Source: Promethearchaeati archaeon (lineage in GTDB: Archaea; Asgardarchaeota; Heimdallarchaeia; JABLTI01). Taken from it: DNA of 34,255 bases. The stretch covers positions 1 to 34,255 of the forward strand of contig JABLTI010000031.1 in the NCBI GenBank assembly GCA_013166835.1, read 5' to 3'. Below the pieces are notes generated by a model. It was not told the origin of the DNA. It was given only the letters and a program-made list of their open reading frames with translations, and ran no database searches. A program made the translations under genes and the position numbers. Positions 1-8,297 of the stretch are shown here, piece after piece; positions within the stretch are counted from its first letter, which is position 1, and the number at the start of each line of letters is the position of its first letter.

Positions 1-545
1 GCTTTTTCACTTCCCTCATAAAGAACTGCTTTTACTGGAATTTTTTCTCTAAATTTCACAGTATATTCTTGGAATGATAATTTCTCATTCTTTTCATTCA
101 CCATTGTTGTTTTTACTGGATCATCTGTCATTGGTATAATTTTAGCTGTAATTTCTAACTTTGCACAGATTTCATTAATTGCTTCAGTCAATGTATAACC
201 ACTTGATAGTAATCTATTTCTCGTTAAATGAAGTGCTAAATCTTTGTCTCCTAATTGGAACCAAGTTGGTTCTTTCATATTACATAAATGTTGTAAAGTA
301 TTGTATGTTTCATCTTCCACTCCCCAAAATTCCTCTAAATCCAGCTGATTTGAAAATAAGTAGATTAAGGAATCAATATCAGGTGAAACTAATAAACCAA
401 AGAAAGTATCATCATCCCCAGTATTTCCTATTATCGTTAATAATTTGTCATCAAGTAATTCTCTAACACCAAGTAATAGCTTAGGCGTTCCAGTTCCACC
501 AGATAGTAAAGTTATAGATACTTGCGGTTTCCCTTCCATTTCCAT
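1..545 (-). CDS. cofD: 2-phospho-L-lactate transferase (F420 biosynthesis), 3'-truncated by the window edge
   Basis: Not in the ORF track. Manual minus-strand translation from ATG 545 (alt. 539) gives MEMEGKPQVSITLLSGGTGTPKLL...IIGNTGDDDTFFGLLVSPDIDSLIY...WFQLGDKDLALHLTR...IIPMTDDPVKT...LSFQEY, open to base 1. These are CofD signature motifs. Confidence 0.93.
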   Translation of the reverse strand, partial: MEMEGKPQVSITLLSGGTGTPKLLLGVRELLDDKLLTIIGNTGDDDTFFGLLVSPDIDSLIYLFSNQLDLEEFWGVEDETYNTLQHLCNMKEPTWFQLGDKDLALHLTRNRLLSSGYTLTEAINEICAKLEITAKIIPMTDDPVKTTMVNEKNEKLSFQEYTVKFREKIPVKAVLYEGSEK

Positions 546-664
546 ACGTCCAAATAATGATAATCCCCATTTATTTTAAATTCATCTTAAAAGTTATTAA
601 TCCATTCAAAGACAAATGTGAAGTAGTAAATTAATATCACCTTATAGTATAGTGTGGGATTTAG

Positions 665-1390
665 ATGAATGCAACAGACGACAACGAATTAAAAACAGAA
701 GAGACAACATCATCTACAGTAATTGAGCTACAACCACATGAATTGGAACAAACTTCAAAGAAGAAAGAAAGTAAAACACTCGCTACACTGCGCCAAATTT
801 TCAGAGCATTATTTTCATGGGAAGCAATTCACTTAATGCTTTCACATCATCCTTTCTGTGAAGTTTTTGATCCTCACGTTTTCAAAATAGGTAAGCTAAG
901 ATTGTGTAGAGGGTGTTTCCTGAGCTATCCTCCACTCTATGCTTTGGTATCAATTTTCATTTTTTGGGAAGCTGCTCGTGAATTTTTCTTACTCGAAGCA
1001 ATATCCATTATTGATAATCTTTGGTGGTTTGTTATTGGATTTTGTATCTTAACTTTCGGTGCTAGGGGTTTAGGACGATACTCTATTTTCATTAAAGATA
1101 TAGCGAAATTCTCTCGAGGAGCTTGGACTGGTTTCTTAGTAATGGTCATAATCTCTCAACATTGGGGATTCAAAATAAGTGCAGCTTTAATTGTTATTGG
1201 AGGAATGACATACTTAAGTCTACATAGAGGAAAAGACATGGAACGAACATGCGATGAATGTAAATGGCATGCTGATTTTAATTCATGCCCAGGATGGGAA
1301 GGTATGTCTGATAAACTATTCCAAACAAGCCCTCCAATTATAGAAAATATTCCACCAGAAAAACTAGAACAAGAAATACAAGACACATAA
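665..1390 (+). CDS. Multi-pass membrane protein with His/Cys motifs (DUF2085-like)
   Basis: SHHPFC...LCRGC motif precedes about 4 hydrophobic segments; C-terminal CDEC-x7-CPG. Confidence 0.6.
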   Translation: MNATDDNELKTEETTSSTVIELQPHELEQTSKKKESKTLATLRQIFRALFSWEAIHLMLSHHPFCEVFDPHVFKIGKLRLCRGCFLSYPPLYALVSIFIFWEAAREFFLLEAISIIDNLWWFVIGFCILTFGARGLGRYSIFIKDIAKFSRGAWTGFLVMVIISQHWGFKISAALIVIGGMTYLSLHRGKDMERTCDECKWHADFNSCPGWEGMSDKLFQTSPPIIENIPPEKLEQEIQDT

Positions 1391-1403
1391 TGAAAGGATT
1401 TTT

Positions 1404-1658
1404 TTACTTAGAAGGATCTTCTCTACCAGTTCTTAGAGCCCATTCCAATAATTCCCTTCTCTTTAATTCATCTGTATAAATTCCTTCTATTTTAAGTAAT
1501 TTATTTCCACTATCTCCAGTAATACTTTCATGCTTTTCACTTTTCTTTCTTATATCCCAAAGAGCCTTACGAAGATCAGTATTACTCATTCTTTTAGCTT
1601 TACGAGTCAATCGTTTTACAAAAAATCTCCCGAAAAAATCATTGTGAGTAGCATTCAT
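1404..1658 (-). CDS. Small basic hypothetical protein (84 aa)
   Basis: ATG-start ORF fills the gap convergent with the upstream gene; AGGA lies upstream on the minus strand; no recognisable family. Confidence 0.5.
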   Translation of the reverse strand: MNATHNDFFGRFFVKRLTRKAKRMSNTDLRKALWDIRKKSEKHESITGDSGNKLLKIEGIYTDELKRRELLEWALRTGREDPSK

Positions 1659-1833
1659 TTTGGTATAATCCTTTTCTTCTTAGAAACAATAATTTTCACC
1701 ATTTAATTATTTTATTCATGGCAAACTCAGGATAACTACTCCCCAAACATCATTTTAACCTTGTCAAAAAATCTTAATATACTCATAATAATTAACTCCC
1801 GTAAGCCTTAAATATACTATATAAGCAAATTGC

Positions 1834-1962
1834 AAATTCGAATTTTTTGTCGAATTTTGAATTATTTTTGCTGACAAAACTTTAATAAGGGGCAATGTAA
1901 ACTAATTAGTTTAGCATCTAAACCTTAAAGGTTTAGAGGCCTATGATTCAGAAGGATCATAG
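1834..1962 (+). promoter_or_regulatory. Promoter/leader of the solute-binding protein gene, with a TATA-like box and several inverted repeats
   Basis: TTTAATA at 1881-1887 after A-rich CAAAAC; inverted repeats at 1834-1857, 1898-1913, 1917-1937 and 1941-1962; SD-like GGTGAT at 1995-2000. Confidence 0.5.
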
Positions 1963-2006
1963 AACCAAAATTATTAGGTTGAACCAAATTTTTTGGTGAT
2001 CACCCG

Positions 2007-3878
2007 ATGAAAGTGAACAAAGTTAAGACAACCCTTCTTGTCGGTGTCATAATGACACTTTTTGTTGCTAGTGCTATAGCTGTCAGACCAACAAAGACTG
2101 ACGCTATTGATCCATTTTTCACACTAGTTTTCAAGACAAATGGTGGAGGAGTAAGACCGGATTATGGTAACTTCCTCAAACAACACTGTGCAAGAATTGG
2201 TATAAACATAGATGTTATTGTACAGGACTGGCCCACATTTGTAGGCGAGTTGATCGCCTTCAGAGACTTTGACGTTTGTTACGTCGGTCTAACTGGTGGC
2301 GGTGCAGACCCAGACTTTACTGGTGTCTACGACGAAAACGGCTCATTGAACTTGTTTGGTTATCATACCAGCATGGACTGGGATGATGATAAAAATACAG
2401 GACTTAATGAATGGTATATGAAGGAAGGCAATTTAATTATGCCTCCTGATTCAGAAGAACGTGTACAACACTACTGGGAATGGCAACAATATTTCATGGA
2501 TAAAATATGTCCTATGGCTCCAACATACTCCCCAAGAGCATACACTGCTTTCTGGGCAGACCTAGAAGGATATAATATGTCAGATGGTATATTACAATCA
2601 TGGGGTTTGATGGATTGGACAGGAACTCACACTGGACAAGTAGACGATAGTGAGTTAGTTAGAGTAGATGCCGCATGGTCAGATCTTAATCCATTATTCC
2701 AAGATGATACTTCTTCAAGTTTCATCAGCACTGCAACCATGGATCCATTGATCTTTTACGATGCTGATTTAACAGTTTGGCCACATTTAGCAGAAAGCTA
2801 TACTATGCTTAATGATACTTGGATGAGAATTGTTATAAGACAAGGTATTGAATGGGCTGATGACCCTGATGGTTTATCAACCAATGAAGTCTTCGATGTA
2901 GATGACGTTTACTTCACCATTTATGCATGGAGAGAAGTATCTAATGACCAACACTTATGGTCTTGGGTAAAAGACATGGTCAAACTCGACCAATGGACAT
3001 TGGATCTCTTTATTGATGGTGATCCTTCAACTCCTGAGAATGATGCATATGCTCCGTTCCTACCATCACTTAACACTCGAATTATCCCTGAATACTACTT
3101 AAATCAATCACAATTAGCTGACGGAGTAACCCCTGATATTACTCACCCATCATGGAATACATTTGCTACAAATTGTTTTGGAACTGGTGTTTTCGAAATC
3201 GGTTCCTTCACTGAAGGAGTAGAAACCGTTCTTAATGTAAGATCAGATAGCTGGAGATTAGATCCAGTAGTTACCGCTGATCCAGCTTTGGATTGGGCTA
3301 ACAGATTCGGCTATGGTACTGGATGGGCTGGTATGACTCAATTAAGAATCAGAATTATACCTGACCAACAAACTGCAATGCTTGAATTTGAATCTGGTAA
3401 AGTAGACATTTTAGCCGTCGGTTGGAACCCAACCAAGAAAGACGAATTCGTAGCTGATCCAGACTTCACTGTACAAGATGATACACAATTCAGTTATGGT
3501 TTCTTCGGACATAACATGAGAGAATCAAGACCAATTATAGGCAATCGTGCTCCCTCACTTATCGACCCAACACTCAGTATTGGTTTATGTGTAAGAAAAG
3601 CTATCAACTATGCTCTTGACAGATTTGAAATAAACAATGTTATTCACAGAGGTGAATACGCTATTACCGACACCCCACTTTATCCAAAGATGGGTATTTG
3701 GAATAATCCAAACATCATTCGCTACAACTTCATAGACAAAGCAAGAGAATACATGACAAAAGCAGGATACGATTTAGGTTGGACTCCAACAACTCCTGGT
3801 TTCACCATGTTAGTTGCTTTCACCTCAATCATGGCAATAGCTACTATTACATACCTCATCGTTAAAAAACGAAAGTAA
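2007..3878 (+). CDS. ABC-type peptide/nickel family-5 solute-binding protein, circularly permuted, with signal peptide and PGF-type C-terminal membrane anchor
   Basis: N-terminal signal peptide; SBP_bac_5 motifs DLNPLF...DPLIFYD...PHLAESY, GTGVF, FESGKVD, VRKAINYALDR, DKAREYMTKAGY, RIGINIDV..DW; ends TPTTPGF-(TM)-KKRK. Confidence 0.88.
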   Translation: MKVNKVKTTLLVGVIMTLFVASAIAVRPTKTDAIDPFFTLVFKTNGGGVRPDYGNFLKQHCARIGINIDVIVQDWPTFVGELIAFRDFDVCYVGLTGGGADPDFTGVYDENGSLNLFGYHTSMDWDDDKNTGLNEWYMKEGNLIMPPDSEERVQHYWEWQQYFMDKICPMAPTYSPRAYTAFWADLEGYNMSDGILQSWGLMDWTGTHTGQVDDSELVRVDAAWSDLNPLFQDDTSSSFISTATMDPLIFYDADLTVWPHLAESYTMLNDTWMRIVIRQGIEWADDPDGLSTNEVFDVDDVYFTIYAWREVSNDQHLWSWVKDMVKLDQWTLDLFIDGDPSTPENDAYAPFLPSLNTRIIPEYYLNQSQLADGVTPDITHPSWNTFATNCFGTGVFEIGSFTEGVETVLNVRSDSWRLDPVVTADPALDWANRFGYGTGWAGMTQLRIRIIPDQQTAMLEFESGKVDILAVGWNPTKKDEFVADPDFTVQDDTQFSYGFFGHNMRESRPIIGNRAPSLIDPTLSIGLCVRKAINYALDRFEINNVIHRGEYAITDTPLYPKMGIWNNPNIIRYNFIDKAREYMTKAGYDLGWTPTTPGFTMLVAFTSIMAIATITYLIVKKRK

Positions 3879-3893
3879 TCAGTCTGTAAACTA

Positions 3894-3932
3894 TGCAGTG
3901 GGATAAACCTACTGCACCTATCTCTTTTTTTT
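3894..3932 (+). terminator. Hairpin plus T-tract terminator
   Basis: TGCAGTGGG-ATAAA-CCTACTGCA stem (one G-U pair) followed by T8 at 3925-3932. Confidence 0.6.
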
Positions 3933-4035
3933 CTAATTTTAACCTCATTTAATTTGCCAAATCATGTTTTATTGTAGAATAAGAAAGATTTAAAACTAGA
4001 TAGTACAAACAAGGAAAACGTTGAAAATCAACATT

Positions 4036-4113
4036 GCCCCGATGGTGTAGTTCGGCCAATCATTACAGCCTTTCGAGTTGTAGACTCGGGTTCAAATCCC
4101 GGTCGGGGCACCA
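4036..4113 (+). tRNA. tRNA-Glu (anticodon TTC), intronless, CCA encoded
   Basis: Acceptor stem GCCCCGA/TCGGGGC + ACCA; anticodon arm ACAGC-CTTTCGA-GTTGT; T-loop GGTTCAAATCC; G at position 15 (the archaeosine site); TTTAAAA upstream near 3988 and a T-rich tail downstream. Confidence 0.96.
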
Positions 4114-4169
4114 TACTTTCTCCAGAAACTTTTTTTGTATGAAGTTGTATTATTTCTCGGTGCAAATTA

Positions 4170-4547
4170 TTGTCTGTAAAGGAAATTTATCCAGTCAAGT
4201 TTAAAATTGATGGTGTGGGGGAAGTGAAGGGTGAGTTATATCGAGTAAAAGCTCCTCATTCAGTTGAAAACATATGGTATGCATTGCCATTAAGTGGTCG
4301 ATTAATAGTGCAGGATAATGCTCAAGCTTATTTCTTAATTGATATCCAAGTGAAATCCGAGCATCCAACCTTTGATGTGGAATCAGGAGATATTGCTTAT
4401 TGGCCTATGAGCAAAGCCATATGTGTATTTTGGGAGAAAATACGACCATACTCAGAAGTTAATTTAATAGGTAAAATCACAAGAAATTTGGAATTATTCA
4501 AAACTATGCGAAATTTAACTCGAGTGGTTCTAGAGAAAGATGAATGA
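4170..4547 (+). CDS. Cyclophilin-like fold protein (DUF369/UPF0288-like)
   Basis: APHSVENIWYALPL...VESGDIAYWPMSKAICVFW...VNLIGKI pattern; TTG start after GGTG. Confidence 0.75.
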   Translation: MSVKEIYPVKFKIDGVGEVKGELYRVKAPHSVENIWYALPLSGRLIVQDNAQAYFLIDIQVKSEHPTFDVESGDIAYWPMSKAICVFWEKIRPYSEVNLIGKITRNLELFKTMRNLTRVVLEKDE

Positions 4548-4748
4548 TTAATAATCTAATTTTTTCAAATTGCTCTTCCAAACTGCTAATCCGCAGTTTT
4601 TGCATTCTATTTTTTGTTTATATTCCTTTCTTGACCAATATAATTTGAGAGTAAGAGTACTATTGCATTTACCACACTTTTCTTTTAGCTCTTTAGTTTC
4701 CATTAAAACAAGATCTTCTTCTTTTACATCAGAGTCTTTCGTAAACAT
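4548..4748 (-). CDS. Small zinc-ribbon protein
   Basis: CGKC...CKNC pairs; ATG at 4748 (MFTKDS) preferred over TTG at 4772. Confidence 0.6.
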   Translation of the reverse strand: MFTKDSDVKEEDLVLMETKELKEKCGKCNSTLTLKLYWSRKEYKQKIECKNCGLAVWKSNLKKLDY

Positions 4749-4843
4749 TGTGATTTCCCTACCATACAACAATCTGAGTAAACATCAAATGAACAAGATA
4801 TTTTGGATGACAATAAATAATATGAAATGAAACATTAATTCAA

Positions 4844-5611
4844 TTACAAGAATAATGTTTCAGTAGATAATGCTACACAGCCATTTTGAGTCATTTCGAA
4901 AGGTCTTCGAACTAATTCATGGTCGATTCCTCTCATCTTTCTAATGTATATACTTCTTAACAATCTTTGATTTACCTCTTGAATATCAACAACTATTACA
5001 CCAGAAGCCATGAATTCTTCAACACCATAACGAGAAATTTCTCCGCTTTGAGACATCTCACTGGTAACAATGGTTGTGCATTTAAGACTCGACATCACAG
5101 CACTAAGCTTTAAGATTTCTCTTCGAATTCGCATTTCACTTTCTAGAGATAAAGCAAGAGCTGTTAAAGAATCAATAACTACTCTTTCAGCGCCAAGTTC
5201 ATCAATTAATGCGATAAGTGTTGTTAAAAGATCATCAATTTCTAAACGAATACTATACTTCTCTTTTGAAGCCACACCTGCACGCATAGAGAAACCATCA
5301 ACAAGTGCAAGAAGATTCTCTTTTTCCAAGCTTTCTAATTTCCAATCATAACTTGCGAAGTTTTGTCTCACAGTTTTGGGGCTTTCATCAAAGGTAACAT
5401 AAATTCCTGGATCGCCATGATCTAAGACACCACGATAGATAAATTGGGTCGCGAGTGTGGTTTTCCCTGCACCAGCTGGTCCACTTAATAGTATAGTTCT
5501 ACCTTTTGGTAATCCCCCATTTAACATTTTATCTAATCCAGGTATCCCAGTTTTTACTCTGGCTATTTGACTCATCTTTCTAGCTCCAACATTCTTAACG
5601 TTCACTGACAT
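4844..5611 (-). CDS. Single-domain KaiC/RAD55 family RecA-superfamily ATPase
   Basis: TGIPGLDKMLNGGLP, Walker A GPAGAGKT, RVVIDS, YGVEEF, IRKMRG. Confidence 0.92.
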   Translation of the reverse strand: MSVNVKNVGARKMSQIARVKTGIPGLDKMLNGGLPKGRTILLSGPAGAGKTTLATQFIYRGVLDHGDPGIYVTFDESPKTVRQNFASYDWKLESLEKENLLALVDGFSMRAGVASKEKYSIRLEIDDLLTTLIALIDELGAERVVIDSLTALALSLESEMRIRREILKLSAVMSSLKCTTIVTSEMSQSGEISRYGVEEFMASGVIVVDIQEVNQRLLRSIYIRKMRGIDHELVRRPFEMTQNGCVALSTETLFL

Positions 5612-5636
5612 AAAATTCTTATGGATTGTAATAATT

Positions 5637-6296
5637 TCAACAAATTATTTCTGTTCCTATAAATTCTTTTCCTTCTAATAGATTTTCTATACGGTCATGA
5701 ATCAAACCATTGATAATATATGCCTTAATGTTTTTTCTTTGCAAAATTGTAGGTGTAATGTTATCTAAAGGACTTGTTTTCAATTCGAGTAATTCTTGTA
5801 CAGTTATCTTCTTAACTAGTTTATCTTTAACAATTATACCATCTATATCTTTGAGGAAAACTAATTTCTCAGCCATAATTTTTATGGCAATTTCCGTAGC
5901 GATAGCATCACTTGTAGAATTCCAAGTTTTCTCTAAACCACTCTCAGTTCTCATATATTTCATAACTCTAAAGATTGGTAAATTTTCGAAAGTTAAGACA
6001 TTAAAATCCTTAGAAGAGAAATCATGTAAATTTGAATTAGGAATAAATTTCATTAGAAAACTAGCATGTTGCTCCATAGCCTGTATAGCCATCCAATGTG
6101 CTTGTTCATCATCTAAATCATATTTCTCTTGTGTTTCGCGAACAAACTCGGTAAAAAGCCCACCACCGGGAACTATAGCAAAATCCTCTTTGCAGTCAAA
6201 TAGTGAAGATAGAGTTTTTCCCAATTGAACAATTTGTTTGAGGGTTCCTCTTTCAGTAATAGAACCACCAAATTTTATAATTGTATTAATTTTCAT
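5637..6296 (-). CDS. mfnE: Amino-acid-kinase family protein, probable [5-(aminomethyl)furan-3-yl]methyl phosphate kinase
   Basis: IKFGGS, VPGGGLF, AHWMAIQAM, TWNSTSDAIA, KDIDG; ATGA overlap with mfnF. Confidence 0.78.
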   Translation of the reverse strand: MKINTIIKFGGSITERGTLKQIVQLGKTLSSLFDCKEDFAIVPGGGLFTEFVRETQEKYDLDDEQAHWMAIQAMEQHASFLMKFIPNSNLHDFSSKDFNVLTFENLPIFRVMKYMRTESGLEKTWNSTSDAIATEIAIKIMAEKLVFLKDIDGIIVKDKLVKKITVQELLELKTSPLDNITPTILQRKNIKAYIINGLIHDRIENLLEGKEFIGTEIIC

Positions 6297-7378
6297 TCAG
6301 AGCTTCCCTCTGTTTCAATGAATTTTTTCGAGTATAGAACCGCAACTGCGAAAGCACAAAAAGAGTTCAAGGATGATTCATCTAATATATCATCAGCAAT
6401 AATTTGCTCATATATACCATTCATTCGAAGCAAAGAAATCCCAATTGTTTTAGCACCTGAACCAATGAGAATTATTTCAGGATTTAATTCATACATTGCT
6501 CTGAATCTAGTTAAGACATAATCCAAAGCACCTGATAATTTCTCAAATTGCTTTTCTTTAATTTGTCTTGCAATATCTATAATATCATTGTGAGCAAGCT
6601 GGTTACTATCAGAACAAACGATACGTGCTAATCTTGCTTTTGCATTTTCTTTACTAACAGGTTTACCATCAGCAGTATCACCTATGACTTCATCTTCAGA
6701 GATTAATCCTAGAAGTAAGTAGACATCTCCTGTTGTTGCGAATAACTCACTCGCTAACGGTATAATTTCATTTCTCACTTTAACTTCTTGAATAATCGCA
6801 ACAACATTTGTTCTAATTAAACCGGAGTATACTAGTTCTTTGTTAGTTAAACGTTCAAGATCATTTTTTCCTTGCGCAACTATTTTTCCATTAAATATTG
6901 GAGTAAAGTCCGTTGTTGTAGATCCAATATCAATGACTAATGCATTATGATGCTTTATTCCCAAATAGAGCGCTGATGCAACCCAATTCGTGGCAGCAAC
7001 ATTAAGCCAATTTTCTCCAGCTTCTTGCGTAGGTAGAAAACTACCATTTACATCGAGAATAAGCGGTGAGTTCTTTTCATTATCTGAGTGAAAACACTCC
7101 TCAACAAATCCGCAAATGGATTCTATTCCTTCTTTTTTCGTTTGAAAACAATCAGCAAGTTCTGCTGTTGTAACAAAAACCACTTGATCTATTGAACCAA
7201 ATTCCTCGATTAATTTACTCTTTAGTGTCTCAAGAAATTCTGGAAAGGATGTATGATTTTTCCAAATTGGAAAATAATCAGAGCTGGAACTAAGTAATTC
7301 GATTTTTTCTTTCTGAACTTCAATTAAAGCATGTTTAGTATTTGCCCCACCAATATCCAAACCAAGGATTTTAACCAT
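6293..7378 (-). CDS. mfnF: Hydantoinase/oxoprolinase-like methanofuran biosynthesis protein
   Basis: GLDIGGANTK, TTAELADCFQTKKEGI, AATNWVASA, IDIGSTTTD, ELVYSGLIRT, SELFATTGD, RLARIVCSD. Confidence 0.88.
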   Translation of the reverse strand: MVKILGLDIGGANTKHALIEVQKEKIELLSSSSDYFPIWKNHTSFPEFLETLKSKLIEEFGSIDQVVFVTTAELADCFQTKKEGIESICGFVEECFHSDNEKNSPLILDVNGSFLPTQEAGENWLNVAATNWVASALYLGIKHHNALVIDIGSTTTDFTPIFNGKIVAQGKNDLERLTNKELVYSGLIRTNVVAIIQEVKVRNEIIPLASELFATTGDVYLLLGLISEDEVIGDTADGKPVSKENAKARLARIVCSDSNQLAHNDIIDIARQIKEKQFEKLSGALDYVLTRFRAMYELNPEIILIGSGAKTIGISLLRMNGIYEQIIADDILDESSLNSFCAFAVAVLYSKKFIETEGSSE

Positions 7379-7526
7379 ATTTTTTCATATCCTACTAAAT
7401 GTAAAACAAATTCCGAATAATCTTAAATTTAAACTTCTAATAAATTAATTCATAATTAGATATTCTTAACCTCATCTCTTTAGTAAATGTTTTTAATCTT
7501 TGCTGATAAAATCTCATTTGAATACA

Positions 7527-7775
7527 ATGTCTACAGAAAGCTCAGAAGTAATTGGTATAATCCTTGATATGACGGATAAAGAATGCCCTCATGTGCTTTA
7601 TGAGCTTAAAACATCTATCAAGAAAATAAAAGTCGGTGAAATTCTCAAATTAATAACTAATAGACCTAAATCTCTAAAGAATATACCAAAATGGTGTTTA
7701 AATAATAATCATGAGCTCTTTCTAACAGACACCAGTAATGGGAAGTATTTATTTTATATAAAAAGAACGCAATGA
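7527..7775 (+). CDS. TusA/SirA-family sulfur carrier
   Basis: LDMTDKECPHVL...GEILKLITN...NIPKWC...YLFYIKR; ATG 7527 preferred over TTG 7500. Confidence 0.8.
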   Translation: MSTESSEVIGIILDMTDKECPHVLYELKTSIKKIKVGEILKLITNRPKSLKNIPKWCLNNNHELFLTDTSNGKYLFYIKRTQ

Positions 7776-7805
7776 ATAATCTAGTAGTACTGTGGAGTAA
7801 AAAAA

Positions 7806-8297
7806 ATGAGCTATCGTTTAGTTCAAGGAGAATTATCCTTTAAATTTGCAGCAGCACATTTTGTTCTTGGAGACACAGGTTGTGAACGATTACATGGTCA
7901 CAATTATCTAGTTGAAGTACAGATCTACGGTGAGCAAGATGAAGCCAGGAATCTAGTAATTGATTTCTTAGAATTGAAACCTTTTGTAAGAAAATTCGTG
8001 GAAGAGCTTGATCACAAAATACTGTTGCCAACTGAAAACTCCCATCTAACAATAACTAAAAAGAAAAATGAGTTGTTTGTTAATTTCATCCCAAAAAATA
8101 AGAATTATATTTTTCCAGAAAGCGATGTTTCCTTGCTGCCGATTAAAAACACAACCGTCGAGGAATTTGCCCGATTGTTATCATCTAAACTAACTCCCCT
8201 GTTTAGTAAACACCCAAATATTGATGCTATAGAAGTAGGAGTTTTCGAATATAAAGGACAAGGTTGTTGGATGAAGAGAACTAGGGATACTATTTAG
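7806..8297 (+). CDS. 6-pyruvoyl-tetrahydropterin synthase family (COG0720), PTPS-I/III-type motif CExLHGH
   Basis: FAAAHF...GCERLHGHNY...IDF...LDHKIL...TTVEEFA. Confidence 0.88.
   Translation: MSYRLVQGELSFKFAAAHFVLGDTGCERLHGHNYLVEVQIYGEQDEARNLVIDFLELKPFVRKFVEELDHKILLPTENSHLTITKKKNELFVNFIPKNKNYIFPESDVSLLPIKNTTVEEFARLLSSKLTPLFSKHPNIDAIEVGVFEYKGQGCWMKRTRDTI

Noticed and set aside
179-466. 95-aa plus-strand ORF
   Set aside because: Antisense shadow of cofD, which has clear family motifs on the minus strand.
937-1386. Two short minus-strand ORFs (70 and 76 aa)
   Set aside because: Antisense to the 241-aa membrane protein; no motifs.
1834-2000. CRISPR array or MITE
   Set aside because: The palindromes differ from each other; no direct repeats with spacers and no terminal repeats with target duplication.
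4036-4113. tRNA as an integration site for a mobile element
   Set aside because: No integrase in the window, no duplicated tRNA 3' end noticed, and flanking genes are housekeeping.
4844-5611. Circadian clock KaiC or RadA recombinase
   Set aside because: Single domain, no kaiA/kaiB nearby, and no RadA N-terminal HhH domain; generic archaeal KaiC/RAD55 family.
4570-6521. Plus-strand ORFs 4570-4830, 5070-5351, 5710-6228, 6225-6521
   Set aside because: Antisense shadows of the zinc ribbon, KaiC-like, mfnE and mfnF genes; Ser/Ile/Phe-rich composition typical of reverse frames.
7773-7790. Selenocysteine read-through at the TGA stop of tusA
   Set aside because: The domain is complete at the TGA, a TAG follows after two codons, and I saw no SECIS-like hairpin.
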